Source of the DNA: an uncultured delta proteobacterium
Lineage (GTDB): Bacteria > Desulfobacterota > Binatia > HRBIN30 > BPIQ01
Reading direction: 5' to 3'
DNA: 64,000 nucleotides
Assembly (NCBI GenBank): GCA_963761335.1
Contig: CAVXGR010000012.1
Coordinates: forward strand, 480,001-544,000
Shown here: piece after piece, positions 39,634 to 47,926 of the stretch
Layout: the number at the start of each line of letters is the position of its first letter
Numbering within the stretch: position 1 is the first letter of the stretch
Made by a program: the position numbers and the translations under genes
Notes under the pieces: generated by a model
Told to the model about the DNA's origin: nothing
Databases searched by the model: none
The model's input: only the letters and a program-made list of their open reading frames with translations

Positions 39634-40865
39634 TCGACGACCTGTGGCACCGGGATGGGGACGATGAAGCGGCCGCCCCAGCGGCGAACCTGGGCCATCT
39701 GCGCCATGATCTCGTCCTTGAGATTCCACGGCAAGATGAACAGGTAGTCCGGTCTGGTTTCGGCGACCCGGCTCGGTGCATGGATCGGAATCCTCGACCC
39801 CGGGAGGAGCTGGCCATGCTTGTGAGGATTGCGGTCGACCGTGTAGCTGATGAAGTCGGTGCCGATGCCGCAATAGTTCAACAAGGTGTTTCCCTTGCCC
39901 GGCGCGCCGTAGCCCACAATGCTGCGCCCCCGCCGCCTCAGATCGATGAGCAGCTCCAGGATACGGCGCTTCGTCTCCTTCACGCGCTCGGCGAACACCG
40001 CATAGCTCTCGAGCTGGTCGAGGCCGGCGGCGCGCTCGTTCCAACGCAGCCCGGCTACCGCCGGTCCGTCAAGCTTGGAGGAATCCGCCGCGTGGCAGAA
40101 GTAGAGACGCAGCGATCCCCCGTGTGTCGGCAGCTCATCGACGTCGAAGCAGCGCAGCGCGTGGGTGGAGAACAGCCGCTCCGCGGCGAGGAAGGAAAAG
40201 TAGGAGTAGTGCTCGTGGTAGATCGTATCGAACTGGTTCCCCCGCATCAGCTGCAGCAGGTGCGGGACTTCGACGGTCACCACGCCGGCCGGGGCGAGAA
40301 GCACCTTGATGCCGCCGACGAAGTCGTGGAGCGTCGGGACCTGGGCGAGGACATTGTTGACGACGATGAGGTCGGCCTGCTGGCGCGTCGCCGCCCGACG
40401 CGCGTACTCTTCGTCGAAGAATGCGACCTCCGTCGGCACCATTTGTTGGCGCGCCGCGGCCGCGACGTTGGCAGCCGGTTCGATACCGAGCACGGGGATC
40501 CCGCCGGCGACGAAATGCCGGAGCAGGTAGCCGTCGTTGCTGCCGAGCTCGACCACGAAGCTGCGAGCCGTCAGACCAAAGCGCCGCCGCGCCATGGCGA
40601 CATACCTCCTGGCGTGCTCGACCCACGTGTCGGAGTACGACGAGAAATACGCATACTCCGTGAACACCTCCTGCGGGCTGACGAGCTGCTCGAGCTGGAC
40701 GAGAAGACAGTTGCCACAGACATAGGCATGCAGCGGATAGGCGAGCTCCGGATCATTGCGGCGGGCGAAGCTGACGAAGCTCTCGCACAGGGGAGTCGTC
40801 CCGAGGTCGACGAACGTATGCCGCAGCGGCTCGGCGCAGAGGCGGCACGCCGGCGGCGGGCTCAT
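39630..40865 (-). CDS. NDP-hexose C-methyltransferase family
   Basis: CRLC zinc site, ELGSNDGYLL, FDTIYHEHYSY, HGGSLR, GYGAPGKGNTLLN. Confidence 0.9.
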   Translation of the reverse strand: MSPPPACRLCAEPLRHTFVDLGTTPLCESFVSFARRNDPELAYPLHAYVCGNCLLVQLEQLVSPQEVFTEYAYFSSYSDTWVEHARRYVAMARRRFGLTARSFVVELGSNDGYLLRHFVAGGIPVLGIEPAANVAAAARQQMVPTEVAFFDEEYARRAATRQQADLIVVNNVLAQVPTLHDFVGGIKVLLAPAGVVTVEVPHLLQLMRGNQFDTIYHEHYSYFSFLAAERLFSTHALRCFDVDELPTHGGSLRLYFCHAADSSKLDGPAVAGLRWNERAAGLDQLESYAVFAERVKETKRRILELLIDLRRRGRSIVGYGAPGKGNTLLNYCGIGTDFISYTVDRNPHKHGQLLPGSRIPIHAPSRVAETRPDYLFILPWNLKDEIMAQMAQVRRWGGRFIVPIPVPQVVE

Positions 40866-41809
40866 CCGTTGTGGTCCGGCTGTGCCGCAGCCACCCGTTC
40901 CTTGCGCAGGCCGGTGGGGAAATTGCCAACCAGCTCGGCCGCGAGAAGCGGCAGACGCAGGAGCGTCCACTTGAACAGCACGATGACGCAGCGGAGCCTC
41001 TCGTCGGCGGGCAGCGGTACCCGGTGGATCGTGCGAAGGTAGCGTGACAGATGGGTCCAGTGACGCCTCGAGGTCATCCCCGCGTTCCGCGGGTCGTAGA
41101 ACACCGCCAGCTCGGCGTCGTGGCGACAGACATGTTGCGGCCGGGACGGATGGTCGCGCCAATAGAAGAGCGGTTCGTGAACTTCGTGAAGCTCTCCGCG
41201 CAGCGCCAGCTCGGCGATCAGAATGACGTCGGAAGCGGGGTAGGACCCGTGCAGCTGGGTGCGCTTCAAGACCTCATGCCGGATCACACCGAACTGGAGA
41301 TGGCAGTAACCCGAATTCCTGACCACCGCATAAAAGCGTTCATGCGGGTGGGGCGAGGTCGCGTCGGCGGGTTCGCGATAGGTGCCCGTGACCTCGCCGT
41401 GGTCGTCGATGACGTACGATTGCGGATAGGCGAGGATCGCTCTCGGGTTGCGCTCGAGCACCTCGATACAGCGCCGGACGCAGTCCGGTGCGCACACGTC
41501 GTCGTATGCCGCCCACTTGAAGTACGGCGAGTGCGCCAGCTCGGAAACCCGGTTGAAGTTCCAGGCGGCGCCGCGGTTGTCGTTCGACCGATGGTATTGG
41601 ATTCGAGGGTCGCGGCGCACATAGGATTCGCAGATTGCTTCGGTCGCGTCGGTCGAGCCGTTGTCGGAGATGATCAAGACGAAGTCGGTGAATGTCTGGC
41701 CGAGCAGGGAATCGATTGCTTGCGCCAGGTAACGCTCGCCATTATACACCGGCAAACCGATGGAAAGTCGGGGTGACCGAGATGCACCGCAAGGTTCGGG
41801 ACGTTCCAT
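40862..41809 (-). CDS. Family 2 glycosyltransferase
   Basis: SIGLPVYNGERYL, SDNGSTD, WAAYDD. Confidence 0.9.
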   Translation of the reverse strand: MERPEPCGASRSPRLSIGLPVYNGERYLAQAIDSLLGQTFTDFVLIISDNGSTDATEAICESYVRRDPRIQYHRSNDNRGAAWNFNRVSELAHSPYFKWAAYDDVCAPDCVRRCIEVLERNPRAILAYPQSYVIDDHGEVTGTYREPADATSPHPHERFYAVVRNSGYCHLQFGVIRHEVLKRTQLHGSYPASDVILIAELALRGELHEVHEPLFYWRDHPSRPQHVCRHDAELAVFYDPRNAGMTSRRHWTHLSRYLRTIHRVPLPADERLRCVIVLFKWTLLRLPLLAAELVGNFPTGLRKERVAAAQPDHNG

Positions 41810-41880
41810 GACCTGCGGCGTTCGTACCCCGGCCTGAACCAGCCGGTCAAGATGGGAACCGCGAGAGCGCCCGGGATCGC

Positions 41881-43410
41881 ATGCTGTTGGATCTGACCCT
41901 CGGTCCATTGACCGAGCCGTTGAGCGGAAAGCATTGGGATCGCGCAACCGTCATCGAGCAATGGCGCCGGCGTTTGACCTTCTACGCCCGGAACAACCTG
42001 GCACCTGGCGACCGCGTCTTTCTTCATTGCGGCAACACCCCCGAATTCTTCGTGGATCTGCTCGCCCTCTGGACCCTTGGCGCCTGCGCCGTCCCGATCG
42101 ACGCCCGGCTCACCCCCTTCGAAGTCGAGACTCTCGCTGCAGCCGCCGCGCCGCGCTTCTCTCTGTGGCTCGCCACTCCCGACCCCGGTTTCGGACCTGC
42201 GCTCGCCGGCCTCGGCGTGGAGATCCTCGACGTTCGCGAAGCTGAAACCGAGACACCGTACGACGGCGCTCCGCCGGGATCGTTGCTCGGCCTCGACACG
42301 GATGCGCTCATTCTCTTCACCTCCGGCACGACCGGCGCACCAAAAGGCGTGGTGCACACGCATCGTTCGCTTCGCGCCCGTTGGGCGGCGCTGCGACAAT
42401 CGCTCGGGGTCGCCGCTTTTCGCAGAACCCTCTGCCTGCTGCCAACTCATTTCGGTCACGGATTGATCTGCAACGCCCTGTTCCCCTGGCTGAGCGGGCA
42501 GCACTTGTTCATCCTGCCGCCGTTCAAACCCGACCTCATCCTGCAGCTCGGTGCCCTCCTGGACGAGCATCAGATCACCTTCATGTCCTCGGTTCCGACC
42601 GTCTGGCGTCTCGCCCTCAAGACGGCGAAGCCGCCGCAATCATCGACCCTACAGCGCGTTTTCTGCGGCTCGGCGCCGCTGTCGGCACACCTGTGGGAGG
42701 ACATCCGCAGGTGGACAGGCACCGACGCGGTATGGAACGCCTACGGCATCACCGAGACCGGCAGCTGGCTGGCGGGGACGTCGGTCGGCGATTTCACTCC
42801 GCAGGACGGCCTGGTCGGCGAGGCCTGGGGCGGCCTGGTGCGCGTTCTCCGCACGAGCGAGACCCGCACCCAACTCGGCGTCGAAGACTCCTGCCCGCCG
42901 GGAGACAATGGACACATCTGGGTCAACACACCGGCCCTGATGCGCGGCTATCTCGACCGTGACGATCTCACAAAAGAGGTGGTGTCCGCCGGCTGGTTCC
43001 TGACCGGCGACGTCGGCTTCATCGACGATCGCGGCTGGCTCTACCTCCGCGGCCGCGAGCGCGAAGAGATCAACAAAGGCGGCATGAAGATCTATCCGGG
43101 AGACGTCGACGCCGTGGTCGAGCGATTCGACGAGACCGTCGACGTCTGCACCTTTGCGTTGGACGACGTGCTTCTCGGCGAAGAGGTCGGTATCGCCGTC
43201 GTGCTGCGAAGCCGCAAAGAACAAACCATGCGCGCTCTCCATCAGTGGATGGCGCAGCGTCTGGCGAGACATCAAATGCCGAAGCGCTGGTACGTGGTGG
43301 AGGAGATCCCGCGAACCTCGCGGGGCAAAGTCAACCGCGCTGCCGTCGCCGCACGCTGCGCATCACTCGAGGCGGTCGATCTCCGCGGTCTGCTGCGCGA
43401 ACCGGGTTGA
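41881..43410 (+). CDS. AMP-binding acyl-CoA/acyl-ACP ligase
   Basis: FTSGTTGAPKG, YGITE, TGDVG, PRTSRGK. Confidence 0.9.
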   Translation: MLLDLTLGPLTEPLSGKHWDRATVIEQWRRRLTFYARNNLAPGDRVFLHCGNTPEFFVDLLALWTLGACAVPIDARLTPFEVETLAAAAAPRFSLWLATPDPGFGPALAGLGVEILDVREAETETPYDGAPPGSLLGLDTDALILFTSGTTGAPKGVVHTHRSLRARWAALRQSLGVAAFRRTLCLLPTHFGHGLICNALFPWLSGQHLFILPPFKPDLILQLGALLDEHQITFMSSVPTVWRLALKTAKPPQSSTLQRVFCGSAPLSAHLWEDIRRWTGTDAVWNAYGITETGSWLAGTSVGDFTPQDGLVGEAWGGLVRVLRTSETRTQLGVEDSCPPGDNGHIWVNTPALMRGYLDRDDLTKEVVSAGWFLTGDVGFIDDRGWLYLRGREREEINKGGMKIYPGDVDAVVERFDETVDVCTFALDDVLLGEEVGIAVVLRSRKEQTMRALHQWMAQRLARHQMPKRWYVVEEIPRTSRGKVNRAAVAARCASLEAVDLRGLLREPG

Positions 43411-43420
43411 TCGGCGCACC

Positions 43421-43669
43421 ATGCCTACGCGTACCGAGCTCCTGACCGCGCTCGAAGCGAGCGGCGCCGACCTGCCCGGCGGTCTGGACGACGAAACGCC
43501 CCTGATCACCTCCGGCGTGCTCGACTCGACGGCCCTCTTCGAGCTTGCCCTGTGGGTCGAGGAACGCGTTTCGCCGGGCCTCGACCTGACGTCCTTCGAT
43601 CTGACGGCCGAGTGGAACACGGTCGCCCAGCTCTTGGCTTTCATCGAGCGCCATGCAGCGCCCCGATAG
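43421..43669 (+). CDS. Acyl carrier protein
   Basis: Small acidic protein with LITSGVLDS phosphopantetheine motif. Confidence 0.85.
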   Translation: MPTRTELLTALEASGADLPGGLDDETPLITSGVLDSTALFELALWVEERVSPGLDLTSFDLTAEWNTVAQLLAFIERHAAPR

Positions 43670-43698
43670 GTGCCCTCCGGGGAACGCGCAGGTCCACC

Positions 43699-44811
43699 AT
43701 GGATTGCGATATCGTCCCGTACAGCCCTGATCTCGACGACGAGATCGCCCGGCTCCAATCGCACTTGTGGGGGGACGACCTCGACCGCAACGCCGCCTAC
43801 CTGAAATGGAAGTACGCCGAGAACCCGTATCTTGACGACATCCTCATCCAGGCGGCGCGCTGCGACGGCGATCTGGTCGGCATGCGAGGAATGTTTGGAA
43901 CCCTGTGGGAGGTCGATGACGCCGGGTCTCGGCACCTTCTCCCCTATGCCGACGACTTCGTCATCAGTCCCGCGCATCGCAACCGCGGCGTCGCCTCGCG
44001 GATCATGCAGGCGAGTCACGAGGAGGCGCGGCGGCGCGGCTTTCGCTTGGCCATCAATCTCAGCGCCGGTCCAGTCACGTTCGTCAGCTCACTTGCCGCC
44101 GGTTGGCGCTGCTCGGGCTCGTTTCGACAGCTGGACTACCGCCGAGCGCCATCCGCCCCCATCCGTCCGCTCAAGTCGGTTGTTCCGCAACGTCTCTACC
44201 AGCGGGTCGCGACCATGGTTCGATCCATCGCGCCGCGAGGCGTCTTCGACCGGCTCGACCAGGCTCGGGCAGACGCCTCGTCGATGATCAGTGTTCATCG
44301 CCAGCCGCGGCCGCAGGCCATGGCGACGCTGGTGAGCCGCCTCCCGTGGGACGGCCGCATCCGCCACGTCCGCGACCAACGCTACTTCTCCTGGCGCTTT
44401 CGGAACCCGCTGCACGAGTACCGTTTTCTCTTCGCCGGCGCCGTCGACTGCCAGGGCTATCTGGTGCTGCAGCGACATCTGTCGAGATGGGCGGATCCCC
44501 ACCTCGTGAATATCGCCGACTGGGAAGCGACCAACGACGGCGTCGCCGCCGCCCTGCTCGACGCCGCTCTCGATTGGGGGCGGCTCGAGCGCGTCCGCGT
44601 CTGGTCGGTCAGCGCCTCGCCGGAGATTCGATCTCTACTCGGAGCGCGCGGCTTCAACGCCTCCGCCTCACCTGGCGTTCGCGCCCGCAGTGCCGGGCTT
44701 CTGCTCCGCTGGCTGAACGACATGCCCGAGGCGCCAGAGCTCCTGGGCAACCGCAACCCGCTGTCGATCGCCGACTGGGATCTGCGCATGCTCTACTCGA
44801 TGGCGGCCTGA
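43699..44811 (+). CDS. GNAT-family acyltransferase
   Basis: YLKWKYAENPY, DFVISPAHRNRGVA, YFSWRFRNP. Confidence 0.8.
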   Translation: MDCDIVPYSPDLDDEIARLQSHLWGDDLDRNAAYLKWKYAENPYLDDILIQAARCDGDLVGMRGMFGTLWEVDDAGSRHLLPYADDFVISPAHRNRGVASRIMQASHEEARRRGFRLAINLSAGPVTFVSSLAAGWRCSGSFRQLDYRRAPSAPIRPLKSVVPQRLYQRVATMVRSIAPRGVFDRLDQARADASSMISVHRQPRPQAMATLVSRLPWDGRIRHVRDQRYFSWRFRNPLHEYRFLFAGAVDCQGYLVLQRHLSRWADPHLVNIADWEATNDGVAAALLDAALDWGRLERVRVWSVSASPEIRSLLGARGFNASASPGVRARSAGLLLRWLNDMPEAPELLGNRNPLSIADWDLRMLYSMAA

Positions 44812-45803
44812 TGCCCACGCCCAGAGTCAGCATCATCATGCCGACGTACAACCGCGTCGCCTACCTTGGCGAGGCGATCGGAAGTGTACTGTCGCAGACG
44901 TGGACGGACTTCGAGCTGCTCGTCGTCGACGATGGGTCGACGGATGAAACCGCCGCCGTGTTGGCGAACGTCGTCGACCCACGAGTGCGCGTTCTGCGCC
45001 GCGATCACCGCGGCGTTTCGGCGACCGTGAACAGCGGCCTGCGCGAGGCCAGAGGCGAGTACGTCAGCCGTCTGGATTCCGACGACGTATGGATGCCGGA
45101 GGCGCTCCAGGTGCTCGTCGGCGTGCTCGATCACAGGCCAGAGGTCGGGGTCGTCTACGCCAAGGGTCAGGCGATGGATGTCGCCGGCCGGCCATTGCCC
45201 TATACCAACGGTCTGCCGCTGCGCTTCCCGGGGGAGAGTTTGCGCAGCCTGGTGTATGAAGACTTCACCTGCAACATCGCCACGCTGGCGCGGCGCTCGT
45301 GCTTCGACCGCGCCGGGGAATACGACGAGTCGTTGCCGGCCAACGAGGACTGGGACATGTGGCTGCGAATCGCCGAGCACGACCAGTTCGCCTTCGTCGA
45401 GCGCGTCCTGGCGCGCTTTCGCTGGCATGAGGGCAACATGACCGGCCCGGCGTCACCGCTGTTTCGGGCCACTCTCGAGACGCGCACGCGACCGCTGGAC
45501 AAGGTCTTCGCACGCCCTGCCCGACCCGCCGCCGTGATCGCCATGAAGGCGACGGCATACGAGAATGTCTACCTATTTCGCTGTCTCCGGTGGCTGCACG
45601 CCCGTGACATCGGCTCTTCCTGGCGCGAGCTCAGGCGCGCCCTGGGGGTGAGCGAGAACCGGCCGAGGACAATCGTTCGAACTGCCTGGTTCATTCTCAT
45701 ATCGGAGCTTCTCGGTCGTTCCGCGGTTGGCCGCCGCTTCGCTGACGGCCTGAGCGCCGCCCGCCACCGCTGGCTTCGCCGGGGCCAGCCCCAATGCCGG
45801 TAG
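44811..45803 (+). CDS. Family 2 glycosyltransferase
   Basis: SIIMPTYNR, VDDGSTD, LDSDD, EDWDMWLR. Confidence 0.92.
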   Translation: MPTPRVSIIMPTYNRVAYLGEAIGSVLSQTWTDFELLVVDDGSTDETAAVLANVVDPRVRVLRRDHRGVSATVNSGLREARGEYVSRLDSDDVWMPEALQVLVGVLDHRPEVGVVYAKGQAMDVAGRPLPYTNGLPLRFPGESLRSLVYEDFTCNIATLARRSCFDRAGEYDESLPANEDWDMWLRIAEHDQFAFVERVLARFRWHEGNMTGPASPLFRATLETRTRPLDKVFARPARPAAVIAMKATAYENVYLFRCLRWLHARDIGSSWRELRRALGVSENRPRTIVRTAWFILISELLGRSAVGRRFADGLSAARHRWLRRGQPQCR

Positions 45804-45952
45804 GGTAAGCCGACGAGAGAGGACCTCCAAGGCGAGGCGGCCGTCGCCGACGCGCCGCTCGGCGCCTGGCCGGTTCTCGTGGCCACACGCCGGACAGGTG
45901 TGGGTCACTGGTCTTGACTCTCGAAGGCCCGCCGCCATGGGAGAACCAGGCC

Positions 45953-47806
45953 TCAGCTGCGACTCGGATAGCGCCGGCGCATTTCCTCGAGCATCCACTC
46001 GCGCGCCGCGGCGTTGCCGGCGACCAGGGCCCGCAAGCGCTCGCGCGAGATGGCGTAGGTGATCATGTGCGTCATGGCGGTGACCGTGGCGGAGCGCACC
46101 GTATCCAGCAGCACGCCGCGCTCGCCGACGACGTCGTGCTCGCCGACCGACGCCACGCCCTTGCGCCCGATGGTAACCACGGCCTGGCCCTCCTCGATGA
46201 TGTAGCACTCGGGAGACTCGCCACCCTCCGTGCACAGGAGATCGCCGGGCTCGAAGCTCATCGGATACGCGGTCGCGGCGAGATGCTCGAGCTCCTCGGC
46301 GCTGCAAGGCGCGAACAGGCTGTTGCTCTGCAGCAGCCCGACCGTGGCCGCCAGGCGCGCGCCGGTGCGAACCGGGACGGAATCCTGCCGGGCCGGGTCG
46401 GTCTCGATGCGTTGCCGCAGCTCGGCGCGCCAGCGCAAGTCGGCACCGGTGTCACCGGCGCGCGGCCGCAGCCCGCGCTCGGCGTGCTCACCGGTTGACG
46501 CTGGGACAGGTGACTCCACCGCCGGCGCCGCCGCGACCGGCTCGGCACTCGCACGTGGACTCGATGACGTTCGGCAGGCGATGTTGAGGGCGGCGAGGCC
46601 GCGCAGCGTCAGACGGTCCTGAAAGCGCGGCTCTTCGCCGGCAAGCTCGATGTGATCGAAGCGCTGCAGCAGCGTGCGAAAGGTGATCTCGATCTCCGTC
46701 CGCGCCAGGGCCGCGCCGAGGCAGAAGTGCACGCCGCCCCCGAAGGTCAGCGGCTGGATGTCCGTGCGCGTCACGTCGAGCCGGTCGGGGTCGGAGAAGC
46801 GCGCCGGATCCCGATTTCCGGCGCCCAGCATGGCGAAGACCTGCTCGCCGGCGGGGATCGTCACCCCGCCGACCTCGACGCTGGCCTCGGTGACCCGGTT
46901 CGCCAGCTGCGCGGTGCCGTCGTAGCGCAGGAACTCATCCGGGAGGTTGGCGAACAGCGAGGCGTCGCGCCGCAGCAGCTCGAGCTGTTCCGGCTGGCGC
47001 AGCAACGCCAGCAAGCCGTTGCCGAACAGGTTGGTGGTGGTCTCGAACCCCGCCGCAAATAGCAGTGAGGCGAGGGTCACCAGCTCGTCGTCCGACAGGC
47101 GATCACCGCCGACCTCCGCCGTCGCCAGGGCGCTCAGCAGATCGCCCCCTGGCTGGCGTCGTTTCTCGGGGATCAGCTTCAGGAAGTAGGCGCGGATGCC
47201 GAGCTGTGCGGTGTCGGCCGCCACCATCTGCTCGTCCGTCGGCTGCATCTCGAAGATGGCCACCAGATCGCGCACCATGCCGCGGAACTGGGGCCGATCC
47301 GCCTCGGGGACGCCGAGCATTTCGCCGATGATCGTCACCGGAAGCGGAAAGCCGACGGCCTCGAGCACATTGCCGCCGCCGGCGTCGGCCACCGGATCGA
47401 GCAGCCGGTCGACGACGCGCTCGATGGTCGGCTTGAGGTTCTCGATCATGCGCGGCGTGAACGACTTGGTGACCAGCTTGCGCAGACGCGTATGCTCCGG
47501 CCCGGTGGTGTTGAGCATGGAGTGCTCGCCGGCCGTCAGCGACGGATGCTTTCGCCAGCCGGGCCCGAAGCGCTGCTCGATCTGCGGCGCGTAGTCCTTG
47601 CCGAGACGCGGATCGCGCATCGCCGCCCAGCAATCGTCGTAACGGCTGAGCAGCCACATCCCCATCTGGGTGCGATGCACCGGCGCTGTCTGGCGGAGCT
47701 GGTGGTAGAGCGGGTACGGATTGGCGCGCCCTTCGGCCGTTAGGAACAGCTTGTTGAACACCGCTTCTGCATCGCTCGGCATGGATTCGTGTGCCTCGCT
47801 GGTCAT
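45953..47806 (-). CDS. Cytochrome P450 fused to C-terminal cyclic-nucleotide-binding domain
   Basis: HTRLRKL, AAGFETT, EFLR, FGGGVHFCLG; C-terminal FEPGDLLCTEG..YIIEEG..VGERGVL..RSATV. Confidence 0.9.
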   Translation of the reverse strand: MTSEAHESMPSDAEAVFNKLFLTAEGRANPYPLYHQLRQTAPVHRTQMGMWLLSRYDDCWAAMRDPRLGKDYAPQIEQRFGPGWRKHPSLTAGEHSMLNTTGPEHTRLRKLVTKSFTPRMIENLKPTIERVVDRLLDPVADAGGGNVLEAVGFPLPVTIIGEMLGVPEADRPQFRGMVRDLVAIFEMQPTDEQMVAADTAQLGIRAYFLKLIPEKRRQPGGDLLSALATAEVGGDRLSDDELVTLASLLFAAGFETTTNLFGNGLLALLRQPEQLELLRRDASLFANLPDEFLRYDGTAQLANRVTEASVEVGGVTIPAGEQVFAMLGAGNRDPARFSDPDRLDVTRTDIQPLTFGGGVHFCLGAALARTEIEITFRTLLQRFDHIELAGEEPRFQDRLTLRGLAALNIACRTSSSPRASAEPVAAAPAVESPVPASTGEHAERGLRPRAGDTGADLRWRAELRQRIETDPARQDSVPVRTGARLAATVGLLQSNSLFAPCSAEELEHLAATAYPMSFEPGDLLCTEGGESPECYIIEEGQAVVTIGRKGVASVGEHDVVGERGVLLDTVRSATVTAMTHMITYAISRERLRALVAGNAAAREWMLEEMRRRYPSRS

Positions 47807-47926
47807 GTCGATCCCCCTATAACCGCGCACCTCGCCTACCTGGATCAGGGCCGCATGCCGCGCGGTGTCCCATGCCCCCCGGGTTCCATCCGGCGAACAT
47901 AGAACAGGCGGGAGAGCGAAAGCCAA

